A stretch of DNA of 64,000 nucleotides from a bacterium (GTDB lineage: Bacteria > JAHJDO01): assembly GCA_043824255.1 (NCBI GenBank), contig JBDRTG010000027.1:89670-153669 (forward strand). Direction: 5' to 3'. Shown in pieces: positions 21,542-32,100 of this stretch. Below the pieces are notes generated by a model. It was not told the origin of the DNA. It saw only the letters and a program-made list of their open reading frames with translations, and did not search any database. Positions within the stretch are counted from its first letter, which is position 1. Each line of letters starts with the position of its first letter. A program made the position numbers and the translations under genes.

Positions 21542-22008
21542 AGGTTTACAGTCTAAATAACCTTCCTAATCTGGTGAGAAAACTTGAAAAAGATAACAAA
21601 AAAGTAGTTTTTGCAAATGGCTGTTTTGATATTCTTCATGTAGGGCATATCAGATATCTTGAGCAAGCAAAGTCTTTGGGCGATATATTAATTGTAGGGA
21701 TCAATGATGATGAATCTGAATCACAATTGAAAGGGCATGGCAGGCCAATTATGCCGGAGGAAGAGAGAATAGAGATTGTAGCGGCTTTAGAATGCGTGAA
21801 TTATGTGGTACTTTTTTCAGACCTTACTGTAGAAAATTTATTAAGGATTATAAAACCAGCAATACATGCAAAAGGAACAGATTACACAGCTGAGACTGTT
21901 CCAGAACAAAATATTGTTCTTTCCTATGGTGGACAGATTGCAATAACTGGAGATAGAAAAAATCATTCAACAACCGATATAATAAAAAAAATACAACAGC
22001 AGTTATAA
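21538..22008 (+). CDS. rfaE2: Heptose-1-phosphate adenylyltransferase (HldE/RfaE domain II)
   Basis: VVFANGCFDILHVGHIRYL, GINDD, LKG.GRP, KGTDY, STTDII. Confidence 0.92.
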   Translation: MKVYSLNNLPNLVRKLEKDNKKVVFANGCFDILHVGHIRYLEQAKSLGDILIVGINDDESESQLKGHGRPIMPEEERIEIVAALECVNYVVLFSDLTVENLLRIIKPAIHAKGTDYTAETVPEQNIVLSYGGQIAITGDRKNHSTTDIIKKIQQQL

Positions 22009-22011
22009 ATT

Positions 22012-22812
22012 ATGATTGGCACATACATATCAGAATACAAAATAATCAAACATCTTTCTTCTACTAGTCTTACTGATGTTTATTTGGGGATTAAAGACAA
22101 GAGAAAAGCAGCCATCAAGGTGCTGCAAATAAAACCGGATACTGACAAAAAACATGTCAGTAGATTTTTTTATGAAGCCGAGATAATGCAGAAATTAAAT
22201 CACGAAAATATTCCTAAGGTGTATGATTTTAACAGAGAAGATGATATTTGTTATATTGTATTAGAATATTTTGATGGACACAATCTCAGGGAGATGATAA
22301 GAACGCATCATACTCTGTTAAAAGACTATATTGATATAATTTTGAAGATGTGTGTAACACTTGCATATATTCACGAAAAGGGGATTATCCATCAAGATAT
22401 AAAAAGCAGAAATATGATTTTGACAAAAGACATGGATGTAAAAATAGTAGATTTTGGTTTAGCTTATGAAAAGAATAAATCTAATGTAAGGATTAGAGAA
22501 CGGGCTGGTACGCCGCATTATATGTCGCCTGAACAAATAAAAGGCTATAGAGGAGATGAGAGATCTGATGTTTACTCTCTTGGTGTTGTTATGTATGAAC
22601 TTATAACAGGCAGGAGGCCATTTGAAGGAAATTCATTCGATGAAATTGTTACTCAGCAACTGAATATGCTTATTAAACCACCTCGATTTTATAATCAGAA
22701 GGTGTCTAATGGCCTTGAAAATATTATTCTAAGAGCTCTTGATATTAATCCTGCAAAAAGATACCAGAGTGTAGAAGAATTGGTTTTAGATATAAAAAAG
22801 GCATGTAGATGA
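22012..22812 (+). CDS. Hanks-type Ser/Thr protein kinase, catalytic domain only
   Basis: AIK lysine, alphaC Glu (FFYEAEIM), IIHQDIKSRN, DFG, GTPHYMSPEQ, SDVYSLGV; Gly-rich loop replaced by SSTSLT. Confidence 0.9.
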   Translation: MIGTYISEYKIIKHLSSTSLTDVYLGIKDKRKAAIKVLQIKPDTDKKHVSRFFYEAEIMQKLNHENIPKVYDFNREDDICYIVLEYFDGHNLREMIRTHHTLLKDYIDIILKMCVTLAYIHEKGIIHQDIKSRNMILTKDMDVKIVDFGLAYEKNKSNVRIRERAGTPHYMSPEQIKGYRGDERSDVYSLGVVMYELITGRRPFEGNSFDEIVTQQLNMLIKPPRFYNQKVSNGLENIILRALDINPAKRYQSVEELVLDIKKACR

Positions 22813-23012
22813 TCGAAGATAAGTATCTAACAAGAAAACAGGTTCAACGAATGTTAAAGCTTACTAGAGAAGAGATGCTGAAACTGATTAATGAACAAAA
22901 GCTGAAAGCCTACCGTCTAGACAATCGCATTGTGTTTAAGTATGAGGATGTAGATAAATTTTTGCTTGCAATTGAGCAAGAAGGAAGCTCTGACAAGTCA
23001 AAGAATAGATGA
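22809..23012 (+). CDS. Small helix-turn-helix (excisionase/HTH_17-like) DNA-binding protein
   Basis: YLTRKQVQRMLKLT...LKAYR...F..EDVDKF pattern; ATGA-coupled to kinase and miaA. Confidence 0.75.
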   Translation: MIEDKYLTRKQVQRMLKLTREEMLKLINEQKLKAYRLDNRIVFKYEDVDKFLLAIEQEGSSDKSKNR

Positions 23013-23947
23013 ATCCCTCTGTTATAGTCCTTGTAGGTCCTACAGGTATAGGTAAAAGTAAAATCGCTGTAAGCCTTTCTGCATTCTTCCCTTCAGAAAT
23101 TGTATCAGCAGATTCAATGCAGGTATATAAATACATGAATATTGGAACAGCAAAACCCTCAAGAGAAGAGAGAAGAGCAATTCTTCATCACATGATAGAT
23201 GTTATTTATCCTGATCAATATTTCAGTGCAGGGGAATATGCGAAAATGGCAAGAGATAAAATAAATAGAATTATTAACTCAGGCAAAACTCCAATACTTG
23301 TCGGGGGCTCAGGTTTATATATAAGAGCTGTAATTGACGGTCTTTTCTCTGAACCTATGGTCAAAGAGACTATTAAAAAAAGAGTAAGTAATCAGCTAGC
23401 TAATAAGGGTTCGCATTATCTGTATGGAAAGCTTAAAAAAGTTGATCCTACGTCTGCATCAAGGATTCATCCAAATGACTGGAGAAGAATAATCAGAGCT
23501 CTGGAAGTTTTTTTCTCAACAGGAGAGACTATTTCAAGTCTTCAGAGTAAAGCCAGAGCAGAATCTATAAATTGCCAATATATCATAATAGGGATTAAGA
23601 CAGAGCGCAAGAATCTTTATAGAAAAATTGAGAGCAGGGTGGATTTAATGTTCAAAAAGGGGCTTGCGAGAGAGGTTAGGCAGCTTATAAAAAGGGGATA
23701 TAGTCAAGACCTTTTGCCTATGCAGAGTTTGGGCTACAAGGAAGTTTTGGGACATATAAACGGGCATTATGGTCTTGATGAGGCAAAAGCACTTCTTAAG
23801 AAAAATACCCGTCATTTTGCAAAAAGACAGATGACCTGGTTTAACAAGGATTCTCGGATTAAGTGGATAGAAACAAGTGATATAGATAGAGAAACTGACT
23901 TGGTTTGTCACAGAATTCTCAAACTAACAGGATTGCGAGAAATTTGA
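23009..23947 (+). CDS. miaA: tRNA dimethylallyltransferase
   Basis: [50 protein letters not shown]. Confidence 0.97.
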   Translation: MNPSVIVLVGPTGIGKSKIAVSLSAFFPSEIVSADSMQVYKYMNIGTAKPSREERRAILHHMIDVIYPDQYFSAGEYAKMARDKINRIINSGKTPILVGGSGLYIRAVIDGLFSEPMVKETIKKRVSNQLANKGSHYLYGKLKKVDPTSASRIHPNDWRRIIRALEVFFSTGETISSLQSKARAESINCQYIIIGIKTERKNLYRKIESRVDLMFKKGLAREVRQLIKRGYSQDLLPMQSLGYKEVLGHINGHYGLDEAKALLKKNTRHFAKRQMTWFNKDSRIKWIETSDIDRETDLVCHRILKLTGLREI

Positions 23948-23972
23948 CATGAAACATAAAATTTAATATCAT
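23944..23972 (+). promoter_or_regulatory. sigma70-type promoter for aroA'-aroB'
   Basis: TTGACA (23944-49), 17 nt, TATCAT (23967-72); RBS AAGGAG and ATG 24007 downstream. Confidence 0.6.
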
Positions 23973-24006
23973 GCGGATTGTATCCAAATATAAAGGAGAT
24001 TGTGGT

Positions 24007-24807
24007 ATGTCAAGATTAGGAAAGAGTATACGTTTGGAGAGGATAATTAATAGAAATACTGGGAGAACTGTTATTGTGCCAATGGACCATGGTGTAACCG
24101 TAGGTCCGATCAAGGGAATTGTGAATATGCGGGATATGGTAAATGACATTGCTGAAGGCGGCGCAAATGCAGTTTTAGGACACGTTGGCCTTCCCAAGCA
24201 TGGTCACAGAAGACATGGTAAAGACATAGGATTAATTTTGCATCTTTCTGGTAGTACTCTCTGGAGTCCTGACCCGAACGCAAAGGTGCTGGTAAATACA
24301 GTTGAAAATGCTCTGAAAATGGGCGCAGATGGAGTATCTGTTCATATAAATATTGGTGCTGAGAACGAGGCAGAGATGCTAAGGGATCTTGGTATGGTCA
24401 GTGTTGCATGTATGAACTGGGGCATGCCTCTTCTTGCAATGATGTATATACGTGGGAAGAAGTTCAAGAGTGAATCAGATGTTGAAGGAGTTAAACATGC
24501 GGCAAGGATTGCAGCAGAATTAGGTGCAGATATTGTTAAGGTTACATACACAGGGTCAAAGGAGACTTTTTTCGAGGTTGTTGAAGGATGTCCAATACCA
24601 GTAGTTATTGCTGGAGGGGAAAAAGCGTCTAATGACAGCGAAGTGCTTGAAAATGTCAAAAACTCGCTGGAAGCAGGCGGAGCGGGGGTTTCTATTGGAA
24701 GAAATGCATTCCAGCATAAGCATCCTAAAAAGATGGTTGAGGCAATATGTGAGATTGTTCACAAGAATATATCTGTGAAGGATGCATTAGAAATTTTGAA
24801 TTCTTAA
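24007..24807 (+). CDS. 2-amino-3,7-dideoxy-D-threo-hept-6-ulosonate synthase (class I aldolase, AroA'/DhnA family)
   Basis: [41 protein letters not shown] (Schiff-base Lys), GVSIGRN; adjacent to DHQ synthase II. Confidence 0.88.
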   Translation: MSRLGKSIRLERIINRNTGRTVIVPMDHGVTVGPIKGIVNMRDMVNDIAEGGANAVLGHVGLPKHGHRRHGKDIGLILHLSGSTLWSPDPNAKVLVNTVENALKMGADGVSVHINIGAENEAEMLRDLGMVSVACMNWGMPLLAMMYIRGKKFKSESDVEGVKHAARIAAELGADIVKVTYTGSKETFFEVVEGCPIPVVIAGGEKASNDSEVLENVKNSLEAGGAGVSIGRNAFQHKHPKKMVEAICEIVHKNISVKDALEILNS

Positions 24808-24836
24808 TTCCGAATTTTTAATTAAGGAAATAGACA

Positions 24837-25826
24837 ATGAAACAAGTTTGGGTTAATGCGAGACCGTGGAATAAAGAGATTGTTATTGCAGCTCTGGAAT
24901 GTGGAGCAGATTTTGTTGTTGTTGATAGAGGATTTAACGGGAAGGTAAAGGAACTGGGAAAAATACAAACTGTTTCCGAGGATGGAGATCTGCGAATAGA
25001 CAAGGATGTTGCGCAAATAGAAATTAAGAAAAAAGAGGATGAAATCAAAGCAGCAACGATACATAACAAATGGATAGTTATTAAGACGCATGACTGGAAA
25101 ATTATCCCTCTGGAAAATCTTATTGCCCAAACAAAAGGGTTGATAGCAGAAGTTAAGAATTTACAGGAAGCAGAAGCAGCCTTGAATACCCTTGAGAAAG
25201 GGGTAGATGGTGTTTTATTGGATATAAAGAATCCTGCTGAATTGAGAAAAGTGATTAAACAGCTAAAAACAGAAAGCGTCTTGCTATCTATTAAAAAAAT
25301 AAAGATCAAGTCTGTAAAGTCACTAGGCGTTGGAGATAGGGTTTGCATAGATACATGTACTAATATGACTATTGGAGAAGGAATGCTGGTTGGCAATACA
25401 AGCTCAGGAATGTTTCTTTTGCATTCAGAATCAGTAGAAAATCCGTATGTTGATCAAAGACCTTTTCGTGTAAATGCAGGAGGAGTGCATGCATATGTGA
25501 TGGTTACAGAGGGAAAAACGCGATATCTTTCGGACCTTAAAGCAGGGGATAAGGCACTGATTGTAAACTGGGAAGGAAAGACACAAGAGGTAATTGTTGG
25601 TAGAATAAAGATTGAGAAAAGGCCTATGCTTCTTGTGGAAGGAACCTGCAACAAACAGAAAGTATCACTTGTATTACAAAATGCAGAGACAATAAGATTA
25701 GTAACTCCGGAAGGGAAACCAGTTTCTGTCGTCAGCTTAAAGCCCGGAGATGAAGTGCTCGGGCACATAGATAAAGCTGGCAGGCATTTTGGAATGAAAA
25801 TTGAAGAAACTATAGTTGAAAAATAG
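24837..25826 (+). CDS. 3-dehydroquinate synthase II (archaeal-type AroB')
   Basis: DWKIIPLENLIA, GDRVCIDTC, GEGMLVG, RPFRVNAG.VHAY, GRIKIEKRP, LQNAETIRL, GRHFG. Confidence 0.94.
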   Translation: MKQVWVNARPWNKEIVIAALECGADFVVVDRGFNGKVKELGKIQTVSEDGDLRIDKDVAQIEIKKKEDEIKAATIHNKWIVIKTHDWKIIPLENLIAQTKGLIAEVKNLQEAEAALNTLEKGVDGVLLDIKNPAELRKVIKQLKTESVLLSIKKIKIKSVKSLGVGDRVCIDTCTNMTIGEGMLVGNTSSGMFLLHSESVENPYVDQRPFRVNAGGVHAYVMVTEGKTRYLSDLKAGDKALIVNWEGKTQEVIVGRIKIEKRPMLLVEGTCNKQKVSLVLQNAETIRLVTPEGKPVSVVSLKPGDEVLGHIDKAGRHFGMKIEETIVEK

Positions 25827-25834
25827 TTATAACA

Positions 25835-27028
25835 TCAGTGAGGGATTATCAAAATCTGACCTGGATTTAAGAGCTTAATTTGTGGCACTCTTTCCTTGTT
25901 TGCATCATAGATTAGTTTCCATTTTGCTCTGTCTCCATATATATCAGGATTTCCGGCTATGCTGTGTAATGTATCTCCTTTTTTAACCATATAGTATCTG
26001 GCAGGGTGTTTTTCTGTATTAATATGTTCTTTTGGGTAAAGAGCAGCTTGCTTTTTGCTGAGACGCTGCAATTTTTTTGCTGTTTCAATCTTGATAAAAT
26101 GAGAAACAACATCCTCTTTATGGATCCATCCAAACCTGGGAGTTTGCGACTCCTTATCTTCAGTGATTTCTATAAAATACCAATCATCCAATCTGCTAAT
26201 CATACTAAATTTTGTTTTTCTTAACGCGCTTGCGATAATTTCAGCATTCCTTGATGGTTCGGAGTAAATTGAAGCAGTTTTATTATTTATGATAACTGTG
26301 GGAATCAAAGGAGTACCTACATCTGGCAGGGTTATGGATATATCTCTAAAAAGCTGATCAGAAACCCGATATATCCATGTCTTTCTCATATGCAAAGCTG
26401 CCTTAAGACTTCCCATCACTAAGTCCTGTGGAGATAGATATAGTCTGCCTTCATGACTTGTAGATATACCGCTTGCCTGCCATAATAAGTTGCCTGTGTG
26501 TGAATCAACCATTTTTACAGAAACCCCAATACCTACCTGGGAATAAATTACCCCATAGAATTTTCTGTAATGAGTAACCTTTCCGTAGATCAGGGCATCA
26601 GCAGGCAAGGTTTTTCCTATTTCCTGCGTTGATTTTTCAAAGAGCTTATCAGGATCTATCAAACCTTGTTCTTTAAGTAAAGCATCACTCTTTTTGAGTT
26701 TCATATATGCATAGGATTTTGTGCTTATATGCCTGAAGAATGTATCTCTTAGGAGGTCAGCTATATCTTTTGGAAGATTGTTGTTTTTTATTTGAATGCT
26801 GCCATCTTTGCTTATTTCACGTGTTGTATTTTTAAATGGAAGTATTGCTACAATCTTAGGAGGATTTTTATAAAGAAAAGAGGATACTATATAATCTGGT
26901 TTATACTTTATTCCAAAATCCTCAAAAATATGGTTATTTTTACTTTCTTTTCTGGTAAGTCTTAAGGAAGTGATGCAACCTGTAAGAAATACACACAATA
27001 AAACGAATACGAAAATCTTTTTTAACAT
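25835..27028 (-). CDS. Lipoprotein, DUF799/GNA1162 (CsgG/LpoB-like) domain plus SH3-like and C-terminal LysM domains
   Basis: Lipobox FLTGC; VAILPFKN...ADALIYGKVT...KMVDS.TG.LLW; W..I...GWIH (SH3-like); YMVKKGDTLHSIA...W.LIYDAN...PGQILIIP (LysM). Confidence 0.75.
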   Translation of the reverse strand: MLKKIFVFVLLCVFLTGCITSLRLTRKESKNNHIFEDFGIKYKPDYIVSSFLYKNPPKIVAILPFKNTTREISKDGSIQIKNNNLPKDIADLLRDTFFRHISTKSYAYMKLKKSDALLKEQGLIDPDKLFEKSTQEIGKTLPADALIYGKVTHYRKFYGVIYSQVGIGVSVKMVDSHTGNLLWQASGISTSHEGRLYLSPQDLVMGSLKAALHMRKTWIYRVSDQLFRDISITLPDVGTPLIPTVIINNKTASIYSEPSRNAEIIASALRKTKFSMISRLDDWYFIEITEDKESQTPRFGWIHKEDVVSHFIKIETAKKLQRLSKKQAALYPKEHINTEKHPARYYMVKKGDTLHSIAGNPDIYGDRAKWKLIYDANKERVPQIKLLNPGQILIIPH

Positions 27029-27864
27029 ATATTAGCTTTTTTTTTGATTTTTGGTAACACATCTAATACTGATTTATAACCCTCTGCTATGGCTTCTGCT
27101 CCTTTGTGGAATTCCAAGATAGAGATATGGTTTACCTCAGGATTAATTATTATGTCAGCTTTCTTTAGTTCTAGAACAGCTATTTTATATTCCATAATAT
27201 AGAACGAATGCATTAAAACATCAATTATATTGGGAGTGTTCGGATCTATTTTTTTAGTTGATTTTGCCATGGATTTATTTCTCGTATGATTTCGTCCTCT
27301 TTTTTGAGGTTCAGGTATTACATTACAGGCAATAGCAAATTCTGCTCCCATATTTCTTACTATATTTACAGGAACAGGATTCACTATACTTCCATCTACT
27401 AAAAACCTGTTTTCAAACTTTACAGGCGTAAATATCACTGGAATTGAGATGCTTGCTCTTACAGCTTCAGCTACAGAACCGCTGTCAATCACTACTTCTC
27501 CTCCTGTAATGATGTCAGTAGCTATGACTTTAAATGGAATTTTTAAGTCCTTAAATTCTATGTCTCCGATAATGGAACACAGAAGCTCTTTAATCTTTTC
27601 TCCGTGAATAAATCCTTTTTTCAATATAGCTAAATTCGGATCAAGTAAAAGAGCCAATTGTCTCCAATCTATGTTTAATACGATTTCTTCAAGAGTATTT
27701 ATTTCACCATCTTTAGCGAAACAGGCGCCTACTAATGCTCCAATGCTTGTTCCGGCTATCATGTCAACAGGAATATTATTTTCCACTAAAGCTTTCAGAA
27801 CTCCGATGTGAGCCAGACCTCTTGCAGCCCCGCCTCCCAGGGCAAGTCCTATTTTTTTATTCAT
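27022..27864 (-). CDS. Patatin-like phospholipase (RssA family)
   Basis: LALGGGAARGLAHIGV, GTSIG (catalytic Ser), LVDGS. Confidence 0.93.
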   Translation of the reverse strand: MNKKIGLALGGGAARGLAHIGVLKALVENNIPVDMIAGTSIGALVGACFAKDGEINTLEEIVLNIDWRQLALLLDPNLAILKKGFIHGEKIKELLCSIIGDIEFKDLKIPFKVIATDIITGGEVVIDSGSVAEAVRASISIPVIFTPVKFENRFLVDGSIVNPVPVNIVRNMGAEFAIACNVIPEPQKRGRNHTRNKSMAKSTKKIDPNTPNIIDVLMHSFYIMEYKIAVLELKKADIIINPEVNHISILEFHKGAEAIAEGYKSVLDVLPKIKKKANIC

Positions 27865-27876
27865 TTCGTTACCCGT

Positions 27877-28416
27877 TTATTTTTCTTTCTTGTTGCTTTG
27901 ATAATGAAATCGTGTCCCATAGACTTTTTGCGGAAAATCTCCTGTGGCATACTTGATCGTCCGACGCCCCTGTTCCACGTCTTCGTCTGCGTAAGCGTCA
28001 AGCACAGTCGCGATGAACAGATGTTTGTCGCCAGCGCCTACGGACTGTTCGACGCGACATTCCATATGCGCCAGACACTCGGCAATGATTGGTGTGTTGA
28101 TATGGCGGGCGGGCAGGGGAGTCAATCCGCTTTCTTTGAACTTGTCCACGTCTCGTCCTGAATGAAGACCACAGTAGTAGATCTGGCGTTTCAGCTCCTG
28201 CGCAGGGACGTTGATGACAAACTCTCTGGTCTGCTGAATGAGTTCACAGGAATACGTCTTCTGTCCAATCGCGCAAGCAACCATTGCTGGTTCTCTGGAT
28301 ACGGGCATGCAGAAACTGACAGCGATGATGTTTGTCTGCCCGCTACTCCCGCATGTCACAAGATAGTGCTGCATGGGCCAGAAATATTTGAGATGCTCGG
28401 TCTCGATCTTGTTCAT
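27877..28416 (-). CDS. Flavin reductase-like (flavoredoxin) family protein
   Basis: YLVTCG...NIIAV, P.MVAC, T.EFVINVP, CG.HSGRDVDKF, P.IAEC.AHMEC, GDKHLFIA.V. Confidence 0.85.
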   Translation of the reverse strand: MNKIETEHLKYFWPMQHYLVTCGSSGQTNIIAVSFCMPVSREPAMVACAIGQKTYSCELIQQTREFVINVPAQELKRQIYYCGLHSGRDVDKFKESGLTPLPARHINTPIIAECLAHMECRVEQSVGAGDKHLFIATVLDAYADEDVEQGRRTIKYATGDFPQKVYGTRFHYQSNKKEK

Positions 28417-28455
28417 TACTGCCAAGCCCAACATTAATTATTAAAGATTTACTTC

Positions 28456-28755
28456 CTAAAATTCGTTCATCAGTTCGTAGCATTGTCTGAGACTTGCAAT
28501 GGATTTCAGAGTTGCCTGGAACAAAAGCCAGCTGAGTACAAGAATGCCTATTGTCAGTCCGATTTTCCAGGCTCGTGTTGTTTGCGGGCGCCACCATATC
28601 AGAGGAAGTGCCAGGGGGCCCACACAGCCAACTGCAATGACAATAAAGGTTTTACTGAAATACCATTTAATCTTCTTCCTCATGAATTCGCCACAGTGCT
28701 TACACTTTATCGCTTCGTCCTGAATCTCTTCGGCACAGAATGGACACTTCTTCAT
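28456..28755 (-). CDS. Zinc-ribbon membrane protein
   Basis: [23 protein letters not shown] followed by hydrophobic segments; GGAGAG RBS. Confidence 0.75.
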   Translation of the reverse strand: MKKCPFCAEEIQDEAIKCKHCGEFMRKKIKWYFSKTFIVIAVGCVGPLALPLIWWRPQTTRAWKIGLTIGILVLSWLLFQATLKSIASLRQCYELMNEF

Positions 28756-28801
28756 TACTTATCTCTCCTAAATATCACCATATCTCAAATTGCTTAAAAC
28801 C

Positions 28802-29071
28802 TCAATAAAGATTGTATACCTTCTTAATCCTTTCAATAACTGTCCAAGTACAACTGAGTCCTTTAGGGAATTGGACCAGGTCGCCTTTCCCAAACTCAAC
28901 TTCTTCTGATACAGTCTTTACCTTAGCCCTGCCCTCTAAAATATAGCAGTCTTCATTGGAGTTATAAGACCATTCAAATGTGCTTGGTTCACACTCCCAC
29001 AGGCTCCATTTATCTGTTCCCAGCTCCTTCAGCTTTTCCTCTGATGGCTTTTTAACTTTGATTTTTGTCAT
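28802..29071 (-). CDS. Cupin domain protein (DUF861/Cupin_3)
   Basis: WSLWECEPSTFEWSY...EDCYILEG.A.V...GDLVQFPKG.SCTW. Confidence 0.88.
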   Translation of the reverse strand: MTKIKVKKPSEEKLKELGTDKWSLWECEPSTFEWSYNSNEDCYILEGRAKVKTVSEEVEFGKGDLVQFPKGLSCTWTVIERIKKVYNLY

Positions 29072-29113
29072 ATCAACTACTCCTTCTCTCGTCTAATAGA
29101 CGGCAATTTCATT

Positions 29114-32100
29114 CTATTCCTCATCCTTTTTTACCGTTGTGTGTCCTGCAATCTTAAGTGTTATGTCATCAATAATGGCATAGATACATGGAAGGACAAT
29201 CAGGGTTAGCAGGGTGGCGCAAACAATGCCCCATACAATAGTGAGAGCCATGGGTCTTAAAAATGGGTCGTCTCCCCAGATACCGTAGGCGGTTGGTGCA
29301 AGACCCAATGCCGTTGTAATTGTAGTAAGTAGAACAGGTCTTAATCTTAACTGTCCGCTCTGGATGATAGAGGCTCGTCTCGTCACTCCTTTTCTGCGCA
29401 GATTATTGATGAAGTCAACGAGTACGATAGAGTCGTTTACTACAATACCGTTGAGTCCTACAATACCCATCATCATAAAGAAACTTATAGGAAGCTGATG
29501 GAAGAAAAATGCCCATATAACACCTATCAGGCCAAAAGGAATAGCCATCATTACTATAAGCGGCTGAATCAATGAGTTAAAATTAGCGGCTAATATCAGG
29601 AATATCAAGAAGAATGCCAGACCAAAGGCTTTAACAAAGCTGTTGACCATTTTGATATTCTCCTCTTGCTCTCCTGTGTATTTTATATCATAACCCGGAT
29701 ACTTCCCAGGGATGTACTTAAAGTTTTCAGCCAAAAGTTGATTAGCCTCTGAAGAAGTTATCTTTTTGGTATCAACATCAGTGTGAATTGTAATTACCCT
29801 TTTCCCGTCTAAGTGACGGATACGGGTTATTGATGTTCTGTCTTCCAGACGCGCGACTTTTTTTAGCGGGATAAGATTGCCGAATTTGTTTGGTATAAGT
29901 ATTTTCTCAAAGGTTTCTTTTTTGCTGCGGGAAGTTTCAGGGAAACGAACAATTACATCAATTTCTTCCTCAGCTTTGGTCGGTTTAATAGATGTAGCAA
30001 GTCCACCTTTAAATGCAGAACGGATAGCAGAGGCAATCTCTTTTACTGAAAGATAGGAACGCGCTGCCTGTTCCTCATTAATTACAACCCGAATTTCACC
30101 TCTTCCTACTTCATAATCAGAGGCAATATCTGTTACTCCTTCTATGTTCTTCAGGAATGGAAATATCTCATCTGATATTTTTTCTAATACTGCGAAGTCT
30201 TCTCCGCGAATTCTAATCGCCACAGCTTTTCCAACAGGCGGACCTTCTTTGGGTTTTTCAAAATAAATTTTTTCAAATCCTTTAACATCTTTAGTTCTGT
30301 GTCTCAAGTCCTCAATAATTTGCTCAACGCTTCTTTCCCGCTCAGTATTTGGAGTAAGGTAAACTACAACCTGCGCTACGTGAGGGCCTGATTTTCCGTA
30401 AGGGTCAAACATCCATGTATTGCCAGAGGAACCAACCTGAGTTGTATAGGCATCCAGCTCGTTTTCAGGAAGCTGCGCTACTTTCTCCTCAATCTCTTCT
30501 ACTAACTTGTTTGTAGTATAAAGGTTTGTGCCTGATGAAGCTTCTACACGTACAAAGAACTGCTCTATACCTTCAGATCCAAAAAGGATAAAAGGCATTA
30601 TCCTGCTTAGTGCAAAAGTTAGAAGGAGCACCACGATAACACCAGCGAGCACCCAATAGCGCCGATTCAAAGCTTTGTTAATTATTCCCGTATAAAATTT
30701 GAGTAATGTCTTGAACCATGGCAGGTCCTTCTTTGATCTGTATTTCTTGTTTTTACCTATTCCAACAAAATCCGCAAAATGAGACGGGAGAATTACTAAA
30801 GCTTCAAACAGTGATGCGCTTAAAGCGATAATCACAACTATCGGTATGCCCAATATAAATTTACCAATTATCCCTTCTATGAGCATAAGCGGACTGAAAG
30901 CTACAATAGTTGTAATTATTGTAGCTGTAACAGGTTTAACGACTTCCTGTGTCCCGATAATAGCTGCCTGATGAGGATCTAAGCCTGTCTCCAGATGGCG
31001 CGCGCAATTCTCAGCCACAATGATCCCATCGTCCACTAACATTCCCAGAACTATGATCAGACCAAGCATCGTTATAAGATTTACACTTAAGCCTGTAAAT
31101 CCCATGATTGTCAGTGTAACGCAAAAAGCAATAGGGATTCCCAATGCTGTTAACAAAGCTACTCGATAGTTAAGGAATAACATAAGAACACATAAAACGA
31201 GAACCAATCCGATAATTCCGTTATTTCTTAATACACCCAGCCTCCTTTCAATATAAAAAGATATGTCATTGATGTAGGAGACCTTTAATTTCGGGCCTGC
31301 TCTATGAATGAAGTCAGCTGTTTTATCCTTAACAATCTTAACGATTTTGACTGTATCTCCTGCCGATTTTTTGATTACAGTTAGATTAATTGAACGTGTT
31401 CCAAAGCTTTTATTGATCACGTCCTCTTCTTTAAATGAAAAACGAACTGAAGCAATATCCTTTATGCGCAGCCAATTGCCAAGGTCATTGGCGCGTATAA
31501 TCACGTTTTCAATCTCCTGCTTTTTGTGAAATTCCCCGGTGGTACGGATGCTGAATTCTTTTTCCCCACGCAGTTTTCCGCCCGGAATACTGATGTTTTT
31601 CTCACGCAAAGCATTCATTACTTCTTCCACGCTGACGTGAAAGTCTTTCATTTTATCAGGATCCACCTCCACCCACACTTCTTCATCTCTCCAACCCCGT
31701 TTGGAGATAGACGAGACACCGGGTATATCCTCAAGTATATCCTCAAGGTTTTCTGCGTATTTTCGAAGTTCAGCCTCCGGCAAATCCCCGCTCAATGCGA
31801 TTTCAATTGCTGGAACCTCACCTGTAGTGATTTCTGTTACAATTGGATCTTCGGCATCGTCAGGAAGATCCTGAACCTGATCAACAGCTTGTTGAATATC
31901 ATCTACAACTTTGTCTTTTGCATCGTGGCTAATATTGATCATGATAGTAGAAACGTTTTCATCAGATATAGACTGTATCTCTTCAATTCCGTCTACGCCC
32001 TTGAGCTCTTTTTCAATAGGTACTGTTACTAATTTTTCAATCTCTTCAGGAGGGGCGCCCGGATAAGCAGTGTTGATAACTACTGCATCCATTGAGACTT

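Noticed and set aside
22809..23012. Prophage or ICE implied by the excisionase-like gene
   Set aside because: No integrase, att repeats or phage genes nearby; the gene is translationally coupled within a housekeeping operon
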